A stretch of DNA of 64,000 nt from Candidatus Gastranaerophilales bacterium Zag_111 (GCA_001899395.1 MOYD01000024.1:436-64435); one strand, 5' to 3'; shown: positions 18,248 to 27,050, numbered from the stretch's first letter. A program made the numbers and translations. Notes: generated by a model from the letters alone, not told the origin.

Positions 18248-18565
18248 ATGTATAAGGTAAGTTTTAAGATTAATGGAGAAGATTATGTTGAAGATTTTTC
18301 TTCAATTGAGGACATTGTAAATGATTTTGTTACTGAAGATTATATCGACAGTTGTATTGACGAAGTCTGTGACAGCATTGAAATGTTCGGGTTTGAATAT
18401 CTAGCATCAGTGGTTCTTAAGAGTGTTGATTCGGTGGCATATCGAGCTGTCTATGAGGAATATATCAAGGCAATTATTGATGATTTGAAGTATGAGATTA
18501 TCGAGGGAGAAATGAAAACTCCTATAGTTTTCCTTGATACGTATACAATTACGCCTATTGTCTAA
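18248..18565 (+). CDS. Acidic hypothetical protein (tandem paralog)
   Basis: ATG after GAGGAGG. See 17895. Confidence 0.6.
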   Translation: MYKVSFKINGEDYVEDFSSIEDIVNDFVTEDYIDSCIDEVCDSIEMFGFEYLASVVLKSVDSVAYRAVYEEYIKAIIDDLKYEIIEGEMKTPIVFLDTYTITPIV

Positions 18566-18579
18566 AGGAGTGATGCTCA

Positions 18580-18717
18580 GTGAAGTACATTAGAATTTTT
18601 GACAATTTGAAAGATGCAGAAATTTTTGCCGCTCAACACAATTCAAGAGCTGTTTTAAGATATGAGTGGGACGATATCTATGGACTTATTGAGCTATATG
18701 AGGTGCAGTTTACATAA
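18580..18717 (+). CDS. Hypothetical small protein (45 aa)
   Basis: GTG start after AAGGAG. Below the ORF-track cutoff. Confidence 0.35.
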   Translation: MKYIRIFDNLKDAEIFAAQHNSRAVLRYEWDDIYGLIELYEVQFT

Positions 18718-18959
18718 TGTTTAGAGTACTGATTTCTTATCCAGAAGAATATACAAGAGAATCATTAACAGTTCCTCTTGGACCATATGAAACTTTAGAA
18801 GAGTTCTTTGATGAGTATTTAAATGATCAAGCCTTTCCACAAGATAAAGAACTATTTATTGACAATACAAAATCAATGTTCAAAGAAGCTCTTAGAACAG
18901 GAAAATGGGTTGACATTCTTCCTGAAACTGAATATATATTTCGCTTTGTACGTACATGA
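18717..18959 (+). CDS. Hypothetical protein
   Basis: Intact 80-aa ORF coupled to the previous stop. Confidence 0.5.
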   Translation: MFRVLISYPEEYTRESLTVPLGPYETLEEFFDEYLNDQAFPQDKELFIDNTKSMFKEALRTGKWVDILPETEYIFRFVRT

Positions 18960-18972
18960 AAGGAGCGTTCAT

Positions 18973-19203
18973 ATGTTTATCAGAATTCAATTCAAAAATA
19001 AAGACCTTAAGTTTATTGGTAAGCTTTATGATTACAAGCTTACTGATGACGTTGCGCCGCCGCCAGTAGGTAGTATCATTCGTATGGAATATGACGATGG
19101 TACGGCGGCAGCTCATCACACGAGAGTTAAGGTTGTTGATGTGATTGATAGCTCTGATAAGGCATATGGACGCTCTGTTTGTTATACTATGGCGGCACTA
19201 TAA
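18973..19203 (+). CDS. Hypothetical protein
   Basis: ATG after AAAGGAG. Confidence 0.5.
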   Translation: MFIRIQFKNKDLKFIGKLYDYKLTDDVAPPPVGSIIRMEYDDGTAAAHHTRVKVVDVIDSSDKAYGRSVCYTMAAL

Positions 19204-19224
19204 AAATTGAATTGGGATAAAAAC

Positions 19225-19253
19225 TTTACTTCTATAGAAAATTATGATATAAT
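19225..19253 (+). promoter_or_regulatory. Early promoter cassette
   Basis: TTTACT, 17 nt, TGATATAAT. Confidence 0.7.
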
Positions 19254-19287
19254 ATATATAGAAACAAAGGGAAAGGAAGATTGATAA

Positions 19288-19758
19288 ATGACTAGAAAAG
19301 TGATATTCGACTTGGATGGCACCGTTTATGACCTCTATAATGTTGAGGACTGGCTAGGTAAAATTCAAAGAGAAGAAGCTGGAGTATTTACTGAAGGTGA
19401 TATTCTTTTTGAGCTTGACGAATTCTATTCTACAATTGAAGAAATGCTAATGAATGGAATTGAATTCGGTGTAATTACTTGGCTGCCTGCTGGAGCTTCA
19501 AAAGAATATGAGGAAGTCTGCCGCAAGGAGAAACTAGAATTTATTAACAAATATCTCCCCTTTGTAAGTGAAGTGTCAATTTGTTCCTATGGCATTCCTA
19601 AGCAAAACCTAATTAAAAAGCGGGCGGCGGCAATGTATTTGCTAGACGATAATAAGGATGTCTGTGAGATGTTCAATCAGGCAAAGAATTGTGTAGGGAT
19701 TAATGTTGAGGAAGGAAATCTTGTTCAAGTCCTGCGAAACCTAATGAAATTTGAATGA
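19288..19758 (+). CDS. HAD-superfamily phosphatase (nucleotidase-like)
   Basis: N-terminal FDLDGTVYD (DxDGT) motif. Confidence 0.6.
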   Translation: MTRKVIFDLDGTVYDLYNVEDWLGKIQREEAGVFTEGDILFELDEFYSTIEEMLMNGIEFGVITWLPAGASKEYEEVCRKEKLEFINKYLPFVSEVSICSYGIPKQNLIKKRAAAMYLLDDNKDVCEMFNQAKNCVGINVEEGNLVQVLRNLMKFE

Positions 19759-19768
19759 GAATAAAAAC

Positions 19769-19797
19769 TTTACTTTTATAAAAAATTATGTTATAAT
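19769..19797 (+). promoter_or_regulatory. Early promoter cassette
   Basis: TTTACT, 17 nt, TGTTATAAT. Confidence 0.7.
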
Positions 19798-19823
19798 AAA
19801 TATAGAAAGTGAGGGAAAGATAA

Positions 19824-20051
19824 ATGATCGAGGTACTAAATAATTCAAATGGACGCCTGATGTATTATGACACAGTTTATGACTTCATGAGGACAGGACT
19901 TGATAAGCAAGAATCGTTGCTAATTCGTAATCTGCTTATTGATATAGCTGAATACTTTGAGTATGAGCTTGAGCGGACTAGAGGTTCTGTAAGATTTTTC
20001 AACTATGAGATTACAGATAGCAGCGAATATAATGATGAGGTTTCTGACTGA
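19824..20051 (+). CDS. Hypothetical protein
   Basis: Intact 75-aa ORF after the promoter. Confidence 0.5.
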   Translation: MIEVLNNSNGRLMYYDTVYDFMRTGLDKQESLLIRNLLIDIAEYFEYELERTRGSVRFFNYEITDSSEYNDEVSD

Positions 20052-20063
20052 AAGGAGTTTATT

Positions 20064-20225
20064 ATGAAAACTTATACAAATCGTTTTACAACTCGCAAAG
20101 AAGCAGCCGCATTCGCAAAGCTTAACGATGCTAAGGTTGAACTGTGTCCAGCAGTTGGAACTAATAGAGATGGATTCTTTAAGTTTCAAGTGATTACTGA
20201 AGGCAAAGGAAAATTTCACGCATAA
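20064..20225 (+). CDS. Hypothetical small protein (53 aa)
   Basis: ATG after AAAGGAG. Confidence 0.4.
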   Translation: MKTYTNRFTTRKEAAAFAKLNDAKVELCPAVGTNRDGFFKFQVITEGKGKFHA

Positions 20226-20231
20226 AGAATC

Positions 20232-20260
20232 TTGACTTTTATAGAAATTTATGATATAAT
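20232..20260 (+). promoter_or_regulatory. Early promoter cassette
   Basis: TTGACT, 17 nt, TGATATAAT. Confidence 0.75.
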
Positions 20261-20302
20261 ATATATAGAAGGTAAGGGAAAGAGAGTTGAAAGGAGTTTA
20301 GA

Positions 20303-20419
20303 ATGGATTTTGAATTGATTGATTATCTTATGGATTGGATTGAGGCAATGCCTGAAACATTTGATCTTGAGAATTGTGAAACTTATCTCGATTATCTGCA
20401 ATTGAATGAACTTAACTGA
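20303..20419 (+). CDS. Hypothetical acidic peptide (38 aa)
   Basis: ATG after AAAGGAG. Confidence 0.3.
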   Translation: MDFELIDYLMDWIEAMPETFDLENCETYLDYLQLNELN

Positions 20420-20430
20420 GGAGGGGTATT

Positions 20431-20526
20431 ATGAATTTTGATATGAATGTTCAAGTTGAGGAATTCAGTCTTTGCGATTACTATGAGGAATATCTTGAAC
20501 TCCTCGCCGCAGCAGAAAGCGAATAA
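20431..20526 (+). CDS. Hypothetical acidic peptide (31 aa)
   Basis: ATG after GAGGAGGGG. Confidence 0.3.
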   Translation: MNFDMNVQVEEFSLCDYYEEYLELLAAAESE

Positions 20527-20547
20527 AAATTGTAGAGCAAAAGAAAT

Positions 20548-20576
20548 TTGACTTTAGATAAAAATTATGATATAAT
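20548..20576 (+). promoter_or_regulatory. Early promoter cassette
   Basis: TTGACT, 17 nt, TGATATAAT. Confidence 0.75.
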
Positions 20577-20666
20577 ATATATAGAGATGAGGGGAAAAGA
20601 CCTCATCTGAAAAACAAAAATCTAAAATGGTGCTTACTACCTAGTGTAAGAGAAAGAGAGTTTATT

Positions 20667-20996
20667 ATGACAAATCGTGAATTTTACAACGCTATTATCG
20701 AAGCTAATGTATCCGAAGAAATCACCTCTTATGCAACTGCTCAGATTGAAAAGCTGGATGAGTGTAATGCTCGCCGCCGCTCTAGCAAGTCGCCGAAGCA
20801 AATTGAGTCGCTGGAATTGGCAGAACGCATTTATGAAGCCTTGACTTCTGAGCCGAAGACTGCAAAGGAAATCGCAAGTGAATTTGAAGTAACTCAGCAG
20901 AAGGTATCCGCAGTAGTTAAACTGCTGGAAGATCGAGTAGTAGTTACTGAAGTTAAGAACGGCAATCGTCTGGTAAAGGCTTACTCAGTAGCCTAA
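20667..20996 (+). CDS. Putative winged-helix DNA-binding protein (paralog of 31886..32227)
   Basis: MTNREFY..EEITSYA..QIEKLDE..KTAKEIASEF..QKVSAVVKLL..EVKNGNRLV is shared with the minus-strand copy. Confidence 0.6.
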   Translation: MTNREFYNAIIEANVSEEITSYATAQIEKLDECNARRRSSKSPKQIESLELAERIYEALTSEPKTAKEIASEFEVTQQKVSAVVKLLEDRVVVTEVKNGNRLVKAYSVA

Positions 20997-21040
20997 AGGA
21001 CAAAAGGAAGTAAAGGTTAAAGTTTGAAAGGAGAAAATAA

Positions 21041-21385
21041 ATGAATACATATAGTTTGAGTGGAGATATGAGTATCACCAAGATCAAGGCTGCTGTTAAA
21101 GAAGAGATTATGGAACGTATTATGGCGGCTCTTGCGGAAGAATTCACAGAAGACTCTGTAGGAATGGTTCGAGGTTCTAAAAAGAATGAGATTGGAGCAG
21201 TAGTTACAACTGTTGAGGTTGATGGCGAAGATGTTCCGATGTGTGTGACAATCAATGTTTCGGCAAAGGAATTCACACCTCATGTAAGTCCAAAGGGCAA
21301 GCATTATGAGCCTTATGACTTCGCCGCAAGACGACAGGAATATGAGAATCATCAGAGAGAAAAGCAGTTGAATGCTAAGGCATAG
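21041..21385 (+). CDS. GEENV-family paralog, terminates at TAG
   Basis: RBS AAAGGAG. Family motifs present. Stop is TAG 21383-21385. Read-through would add 11 aa up to TAA 21419. Confidence 0.6.
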   Translation: MNTYSLSGDMSITKIKAAVKEEIMERIMAALAEEFTEDSVGMVRGSKKNEIGAVVTTVEVDGEDVPMCVTINVSAKEFTPHVSPKGKHYEPYDFAARRQEYENHQREKQLNAKA

Positions 21386-21436
21386 GGATTGGAAATATCA
21401 ACACTATAGTAGCGGTGGTAATAACCGCCGTGAAAC

Positions 21437-21511
21437 GCCGAATTAGTTCAATGGAAAGAACACGAACCTTCTAAGTTTGAAATCTTAGTTCGATTCTAAG
21501 ATTCGGTGCCA
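21437..21511 (+). tRNA. tRNA-Arg (anticodon UCU), CCA encoded
   Basis: Acceptor GCCGAAT/ATTCGGT, D GTTC/GAAC, anticodon stem CGAAC/GTTTG, loop CTTCTAA, T CTTAG-TTCGATT-CTAAG. Confidence 0.8.
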
Positions 21512-21562
21512 CCAATATCAATTAAATACTTACTTTCTTACTGAGGGAGTTAATCCCTCTAT

Positions 21563-21638
<76 letters not shown>

Positions 21639-21687
21639 GCATCGGTCTGTGATAAGACTGTTAATTGAGGGAGTTAATCCCTCAACT

Positions 21688-21761
21688 ACTCGTATAGCTC
21701 AATGGGAGAACAATCAGCTTATAACTGATAGACTCTGGATCGAAACCAGATACGAGTACCA
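21688..21761 (+). tRNA. tRNA-Ile (anticodon UAU), CCA encoded
   Basis: Acceptor ACTCGTA/TACGAGT, anticodon stem ATCAG/CTGAT, loop CTTATAA, T TCTGG-ATCGAAA-CCAGA. One D-stem mismatch. Confidence 0.7.
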
Positions 21762-21795
21762 ACATCCTCATTTTCATAATATTATCCTTTCTATA

Positions 21796-21827
21796 AGAGC
21801 GGCGGCAGTTGAGTCGCTGCTCTTTTT
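21796..21827 (+). terminator. Rho-independent terminator after the tRNA cluster
   Basis: AGAGCGGCGG-loop-TCGCTGCTCT followed by TTTTT. Confidence 0.65.
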
Positions 21828-21856
21828 ACGTATGGAGGTGAAATTTTAATCACAGC

Positions 21857-22027
21857 ATGGAATTTTTAGTTAGAAATAAAAATGGACAATTCTATTCAAA
21901 AGAAGGATGGGTTGAGTATGATAAGGCAGACATATTAAATACTAAATCGCCGCAAGATCAAGAAGTATTGAGAAAATACCTCGGCGGCGAGTATCAGATT
22001 GTAGAGAATATTGAGTATTATAGTTAA
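21857..22027 (+). CDS. Hypothetical small protein (56 aa)
   Basis: Intact ORF below the track cutoff. Confidence 0.4.
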   Translation: MEFLVRNKNGQFYSKEGWVEYDKADILNTKSPQDQEVLRKYLGGEYQIVENIEYYS

Positions 22028-22039
22028 GGAGGAATTTTA

Positions 22040-22450
22040 ATGTTACCTTTTGATAGAGCAACTTTTGGTAGGAAATGGGATTATGATGATAAGTGCTATG
22101 AGTGTTTTGCTCTTATTCCCAATCCAAAAGAAGAACGTTGTTGGATTATGATTTATAAAGAGGGCGGCTTTGACGAAATTGGAGTTGGAAAAGACTTTGA
22201 TCTAAATGGCTGTGCGTTTTGGGGAGATGATTATAGAGATTTAATGGGAGAAATTACTGATCTCTATTATGCAGTAGGCTTTGAAAATATGGCACAAGGT
22301 GAATTAATTTGGCATAGAGATAAATCAAAGGATGATACTAAATCTGTTGTTTCGCCGCCATCCCCAATAACCATTTCTGAGCAAAAGAAAAAAGTTAAAG
22401 TAAAAGTCCATAAGAAAACGGCGGCGGCGAAGCGAGGAGAAAAGAAATGA
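22040..22450 (+). CDS. Hypothetical protein with a Lys-rich tail
   Basis: RBS AAGGAGG. Confidence 0.6.
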   Translation: MLPFDRATFGRKWDYDDKCYECFALIPNPKEERCWIMIYKEGGFDEIGVGKDFDLNGCAFWGDDYRDLMGEITDLYYAVGFENMAQGELIWHRDKSKDDTKSVVSPPSPITISEQKKKVKVKVHKKTAAAKRGEKK

Positions 22451-23376
22451 AAGTTTTAAGTTTATTTGATGGGATTGCTTGTGGAGCCGTTGCACTAAAT
22501 AGAGTTGGAATTCCTATTGAAAAGTACGATGCTTTTGAAATTGATCAAAATGCAATTAAAGTTGCCACAAGCAACAATCCCTATATAGTAGAACACGGCG
22601 ATGTGTTCGATGCAGATTTTACTGAGTTCAGGGGGTATGATTTACTAATTGGCGGCTCACCTTGTACTTATTGGTCTTGTGTAAATCAGACTGGGAATAA
22701 AGAAATAACACCCGATAGGCAAGGCGGCAAGCTATTTATGGAATATGTTAGAGCATTGAAAGAATCTAGGTGTAAGTGGTTTCTCTATGAGAACAACTAT
22801 TCAATTGCTAGTAATATTAAAGACTTTATTAGTGAACAGCTCAGTGTTAAACCTGTGACGATTGATTCTGCTGGATTTTCAGCACAGTCAAGAAAGAGAT
22901 GCTATTGGACAAACATACCTGTAAAGGGATATTGGGTAGATAAGAAGACTGAACTAAGTAATGTAATAGGTAGAGAAGTTTTTGGGTGCGCCTTAAGAGG
23001 ACGAGATAATCCAGATGGAACAAGAACTCAGCATTTGGAAGTAAGAAGAGATAAGAAGTCCAATTGTATTACAACTGTTGGAAAAGATTGTATGTTTTGC
23101 CGCAAAGCAACAGAATTTGATAGAAGTAAAGAAAAAGAAATCTATGAAGTGTTTATGGGTAAAGTAGTTAATAAAGGATGCGAATATAAAGTTAGTTTAC
23201 CCGATGGAGATTATATTGTTGAACGTCCTACACCAGAAGAAACAGAACTATTACAAACTTTACCAGAGGGGTATACAAAAGAAATTAGTAAAACACAAAG
23301 ATACAAATGTATTGGTAATGGATGGATAGTAGATGTTATCGTTCATCTATTACAAAGGCTAAAAGAATTTTTATAA
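22447..23376 (+). CDS. DNA (cytosine-5) methyltransferase
   Basis: Motif I LFDGIACG, motif IV GGSPCTYWS, motif VI FLYENN, C-terminal CIGNGW. Confidence 0.8.
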   Translation: MKVLSLFDGIACGAVALNRVGIPIEKYDAFEIDQNAIKVATSNNPYIVEHGDVFDADFTEFRGYDLLIGGSPCTYWSCVNQTGNKEITPDRQGGKLFMEYVRALKESRCKWFLYENNYSIASNIKDFISEQLSVKPVTIDSAGFSAQSRKRCYWTNIPVKGYWVDKKTELSNVIGREVFGCALRGRDNPDGTRTQHLEVRRDKKSNCITTVGKDCMFCRKATEFDRSKEKEIYEVFMGKVVNKGCEYKVSLPDGDYIVERPTPEETELLQTLPEGYTKEISKTQRYKCIGNGWIVDVIVHLLQRLKEFL

Positions 23377-23438
23377 ATAAAATACTTCGCCGCCAAAGTA
23401 TAAAAGATTTTGGCGGCAATTTTTATAAAAGTATAGGC

Positions 23439-23467
23439 TTGCTTTTTCTAAAAAATTATGTTATAAT
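23439..23467 (+). promoter_or_regulatory. Early promoter cassette (weaker -35, TTGCTT)
   Basis: TTGCTT, 17 nt, TGTTATAAT. Confidence 0.6.
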
Positions 23468-23509
23468 ATATATAGAAGGTAAGGAAAGAACCGAAAAGGA
23501 GTTTTGATT

Positions 23510-23770
23510 ATGAGAGTTAGAGATGAGTTAATAGCTTTAATCAATTCAAAAGAATTTGAAGATGTTGTTCCTTATGGAAATAGTGTTTGTAGAATTAAAA
23601 TTGAAAACATAATGGCGGCGAATCAAATTACTGAATGGTACATGGATATACGCTTAGTTGACTGGAACGAGCTTTGGGACGAATTTGTAGTTTCAATTGT
23701 CTGGGTTGAAGATAAAACACTAGAACACATATTGAAATATCCAATTGAAATAAAAAATAAAGAAGATTAA
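23510..23770 (+). CDS. Hypothetical protein
   Basis: ATG after AAAGGAG. Confidence 0.55.
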   Translation: MRVRDELIALINSKEFEDVVPYGNSVCRIKIENIMAANQITEWYMDIRLVDWNELWDEFVVSIVWVEDKTLEHILKYPIEIKNKED

Positions 23771-23774
23771 AAAC

Positions 23775-23803
23775 TTTACTTTTATATAAAATTATGATAT
23801 AAT
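23775..23803 (+). promoter_or_regulatory. Early promoter cassette
   Basis: TTTACT, 17 nt, TGATATAAT. Confidence 0.7.
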
Positions 23804-23848
23804 ATATATAGAAGGTAAGGAAAGAACCCATTAGTGAAAGGAATTAAA

Positions 23849-25264
23849 ATGACTGTAAGAGAAGCTTTTCCGAATGAAACAATTTTCAAGTCAGCAAGCA
23901 CAAACAATCTAATGAATTTTTTGGATTTGCCGAACGATGTTAAAGTACATCTTGCACAGAAGTTTACAGATAGAAATGGTAAGTTAAACGCCTATGAATT
24001 AAGTCAATATGTTAAGCAAATGAGATTAAAGCCTGATGAGTGGAATATTAAATTATTGGAAGCCCGCCATACTAAGAAAGGTGTTATTAAGCTTCTGACA
24101 AAAGTAAAGATTCAGTTTGATTACGTAGATGATTTGATTTGTTTTCAATTGCCTGAGTATGGTTTTCCTACTAAGAAAGCACAAGAAGCTCAAGTTGATT
24201 GGAGCTTAATTTCTGATAATAAAGAGCATTTGTTAAATCCTGATGGTGCTTGGGGCGAAGTAACTCTTTGCTATGATTGCGGCATGATTCAGATGACAAA
24301 CTTTGAACCACTTTGTCCTTATACGTATAATGTTGATAAGTATAGAGAGGGAAGAAAGAAGTTTACAACTGAGGAATGGATTGACGTTCTGATTGATGGA
24401 TTGAATTTTAACTCGGCGGCCATGACAGAAGAACAGAAGCTTACTACACTACAGAGATTCTTGGGATTGGTTGAGAAAAGATTTAATACAGTTGAAATTA
24501 GTATTAAGGGCAGCGGCAAGTCTTATTGCTATTCTCAAATTTCTCCTTATAGTTGGTTGACATCTGGTACAGTATCTCGTGCAACTGCATTCTATAATAA
24601 TACAACTAAAAAGGTTGGTTACTTTGGTTCTGCTGATAATGTTGTTTGGGATGAGGTTCAGACATTAAAATTCCAGAATAGTGATGAGATGAATGGTGTA
24701 CTGAAGCCTTATCTTGAAAGTGGCGAGATTAGAATTGGTTCTTATTGCGGTGTTGCAGATGCTGGTTTGACATTGGTTGGTAATGCACCGAACTCGATAC
24801 TTGATCCAACAAAGTACAATATGTTTAAGACACTTAACAAGACCTTCCAAGAGTCAGCGATGCTGGACAGATTCCATCTATTAATTGATGGTGTCAAGAT
24901 AGGGCGTTTTACAGAAGATCGTAAGATGGAAGGCTGGGCATTGAGTTCAGAGTACTTGGCAGAAATCTTCCATTGTCTGAGATCAGAGTTTTACTACCAG
25001 CAGATTGTTGAGGACCTAATCGATGTTGAAGCTGGCGGCGACACAAGAAACCTGAATGCAATTAAAAAGACTGCAACAGCTCTGTTAAAACTTTTATTCC
25101 CTCATGCTACTTGCGCCGCCGACATTGATAAAGAGGAATTTGAATACTATTGTTTAAAGCCTGCAATCCATGGTAGACAGTTGGTATTGAATCAGTTGAG
25201 ATTCTTGGACAAGGAATATGATAATGTTAAAATGCCTGTTGTTAAAGTTAAGGAGGAAGCTTAA
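23849..25264 (+). CDS. BrxL-like AAA+ ATPase (BREX BrxL N-terminal and ATPase modules, no Lon-protease domain)
   Basis: FTTEEWIDVLIDGL, Walker A IKGSGKSY, Walker B VVWDEVQ, LDRFH, ATALLKLLFP are collinear with BrxL/TIGR02688 proteins as recalled from memory. Confidence 0.6.
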   Translation: MTVREAFPNETIFKSASTNNLMNFLDLPNDVKVHLAQKFTDRNGKLNAYELSQYVKQMRLKPDEWNIKLLEARHTKKGVIKLLTKVKIQFDYVDDLICFQLPEYGFPTKKAQEAQVDWSLISDNKEHLLNPDGAWGEVTLCYDCGMIQMTNFEPLCPYTYNVDKYREGRKKFTTEEWIDVLIDGLNFNSAAMTEEQKLTTLQRFLGLVEKRFNTVEISIKGSGKSYCYSQISPYSWLTSGTVSRATAFYNNTTKKVGYFGSADNVVWDEVQTLKFQNSDEMNGVLKPYLESGEIRIGSYCGVADAGLTLVGNAPNSILDPTKYNMFKTLNKTFQESAMLDRFHLLIDGVKIGRFTEDRKMEGWALSSEYLAEIFHCLRSEFYYQQIVEDLIDVEAGGDTRNLNAIKKTATALLKLLFPHATCAADIDKEEFEYYCLKPAIHGRQLVLNQLRFLDKEYDNVKMPVVKVKEEA

Positions 25265-25686
25265 TGAAAGATATTAAATTCCAAAGAGATTTAATTACTT
25301 ACTTGTCAAAAGGCGAACACTTAATTCAATCTGAAACTAAGGGGGCTATCTTTAGAGGAACAGACCAAATCTTAATGCGACTTGACAATTGCTATATCGA
25401 CTTAAGATATTTTGATGAGATTTATAGCTTCGCCGCAAAAAAGTATAATGAAGTAGTTAGTACCTATGAGAATGAACCTGTTAAAATTGGGCGGCGCAAG
25501 GTTACTATTGTTACTTTGAGAACAAGAGATAAAGAAGTTGGTGTTGATAAAAAGTTATTAGATTATTTTGAAGAACCTACTATGTTAGTTAAGAATGATA
25601 GTGAACCTGTGTTTGTTTTTGAGAATGGGGAACTGTGTGGTTTAATAATGCCGATTAAGCTTAAGAGCGCGTGGAGAGAAAAGTAA
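25264..25686 (+). CDS. Hypothetical protein, paralog of 15719..16165
   Basis: RBS AAGGAGG. Shared ILMRLD and KKLLDYF motifs. Confidence 0.6.
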   Translation: MKDIKFQRDLITYLSKGEHLIQSETKGAIFRGTDQILMRLDNCYIDLRYFDEIYSFAAKKYNEVVSTYENEPVKIGRRKVTIVTLRTRDKEVGVDKKLLDYFEEPTMLVKNDSEPVFVFENGELCGLIMPIKLKSAWREK

Positions 25687-25728
25687 ACATATATAAAATT
25701 TGGCGGCGAAGCAACGGAGGTAAGCAAT

Positions 25729-25953
25729 ATGAGAGAAATGTTGATTGGGGCAATTATTGAAGAAGCAATTAGAATTAACTGTATCTATGAGAACGTAAGT
25801 GTTGTATTAACTCTTACAAGAGAGAAAGAACTAATAATTGAACATCAAGTAGATGGAGAAAATGAGGAGTATTGGAAACAGTGGGTTATTAGTAGTAAGA
25901 ATAATGAGAAGTATTTGAATAGTGTTTTGGAAGAGCTAAAGGCGATTAGATAA
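25729..25953 (+). CDS. Hypothetical protein
   Basis: RBS ACGGAGG lies within a GGCGGCGAAGCAA motif copy. Confidence 0.5.
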   Translation: MREMLIGAIIEEAIRINCIYENVSVVLTLTREKELIIEHQVDGENEEYWKQWVISSKNNEKYLNSVLEELKAIR

Positions 25954-25960
25954 GAAAAAA

Positions 25961-25993
25961 AAGAGATTAGGCATTGTGTCTAATCTCTTTTCT
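25961..25993 (+). terminator. Terminator hairpin
   Basis: AAGAGATTAG-9nt-CTAATCTCTT followed by TTCT. Confidence 0.6.
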
Positions 25994-26008
25994 AAAGGAG
26001 GTATCCAA

Positions 26009-26395
26009 ATGGAATTCCAAGTAAATAATTTCAAAACCCTAAACGAGCAAAAGCAAGACCTAACCAAAAAGCTCTCTTCAATTCCTACAACCAGCGGCAT
26101 CTATCGTCTATACTTCCCCTGCGGCAAATCCTATATAGGTTCTGCGGCAAACCTACGTCAGAGAATTAGAACTCACCTAAACACAATCTATTTAGTACTA
26201 CGCTATGAACCAGACCTAGACTTTTATATTGCCAGTCATAAAGTTCCTAATTGGTGTGGTGAAGCCTTTAGAGATTTAACTAATTATGAACTGGGGGAGG
26301 TAGTAATTAGGTATAGGGAGATAGAGGATAAAGTAGAGAGAGATTTGGCGGCAAAAGATTTAATTAGGGAAGGGAAAAATTTATATAATAGGTGA
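26009..26395 (+). CDS. GIY-YIG nuclease-domain protein (second copy)
   Basis: SGIYRLYFPCGKSYIGSAANLRQRIRTH. ATG after AAGGAGG. Confidence 0.65.
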   Translation: MEFQVNNFKTLNEQKQDLTKKLSSIPTTSGIYRLYFPCGKSYIGSAANLRQRIRTHLNTIYLVLRYEPDLDFYIASHKVPNWCGEAFRDLTNYELGEVVIRYREIEDKVERDLAAKDLIREGKNLYNR

Positions 26396-26439
26396 GGAGA
26401 TTTTTTTGTTAGAAAAAATTTTTGAGTTTAACACGTTCT

Positions 26440-27020
26440 AAATGAATATGGGGAGTTATCTTTAATAAGTATAGAGAGGAACCCTAAGAAAGTGGTAAAA
26501 AGGGAGATGAGATAAGAGAATTGCGGTAAAGGAAGTAGAAAGAGGGAGTAGGAAATAGAATAGGGAAGTAATACTGCTGGGCTTGACGTTTGGCAGTATT
26601 ATTTTATTATATAGTAGAGAATTGATAGAGAGGATGGCGGCGAAAGAAGTAGGAGAGAAAAAGTAGAGAGAGAGGAGTAGGGAGAGAATTGACAAAAGGA
26701 AGAAAAATTTATTAATATATAAGAGGAGAATTTTGAGTAAATGTAAAGTAGAGTAGAAAATAGTTGAGTAGGGAGAGAAGAAAGAAGAGTAGAAACTTGA
26801 CTTTTAGAAGAAATTATAGTATAATATAAATAAAGAAGAGAGGAAGTAGGAGAGAGAGGAGGTAGGGAGAGGAGAGGAAGAAGAACAGAAGAATGAGGTA
26901 GAGAATAGAGAGAGGAGGACTTTGAGTAGAGAAGTGCTGAGAGGAGGAATAAGTACTGGATAAGAAGTAGGAAGAAGGAAGTAGAGGAATGAGAAAGGCA
27001 GAAGTAGTAGGAGAACTAGC
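26440..27020 (+). repeat. Purine-rich (A/G) tract studded with promoters and AGTAG/GGAG motifs
   Basis: Top strand is almost pure A/G over ~580 bp with many GAGTAGG, GGAGG and AGGAG words. No credible ORF on either strand. Confidence 0.8.
26797..26825 (+). promoter_or_regulatory. Promoter cassette inside the purine tract
   Basis: TTGACT, 17 nt, TAGTATAAT. Confidence 0.65.
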
Positions 27021-27022
27021 CC

Positions 27023-27050
27023 TTGACAATAGTTGGATTTATAGTATAAT
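27023..27050 (+). promoter_or_regulatory. Promoter cassette
   Basis: TTGACA, 16 nt, TAGTATAAT. Followed by an ORF-less ~130-nt unit. Confidence 0.65.

Noticed and set aside
21467-21473. The tRNA-Arg anticodon loop CTTCTAA contains CTA, considered as the amber suppressor
   Set aside because: In the only register with a 5-bp stem and 7-nt loop, positions 34-36 are TCT (Arg, AGA). The other five tRNAs were likewise checked and none has a CUA anticodon.
21649-21849. ORF of 66 aa
   Set aside because: It spans tRNA-Ile and the terminator hairpin.
26462-27029. Minus-strand ORFs 26462..26695 and 26814..27029
   Set aside because: They are translations of a polypyrimidine strand (Ser/Leu/Phe/Pro-rich low complexity), have no RBS, and overlap promoters on the other strand.
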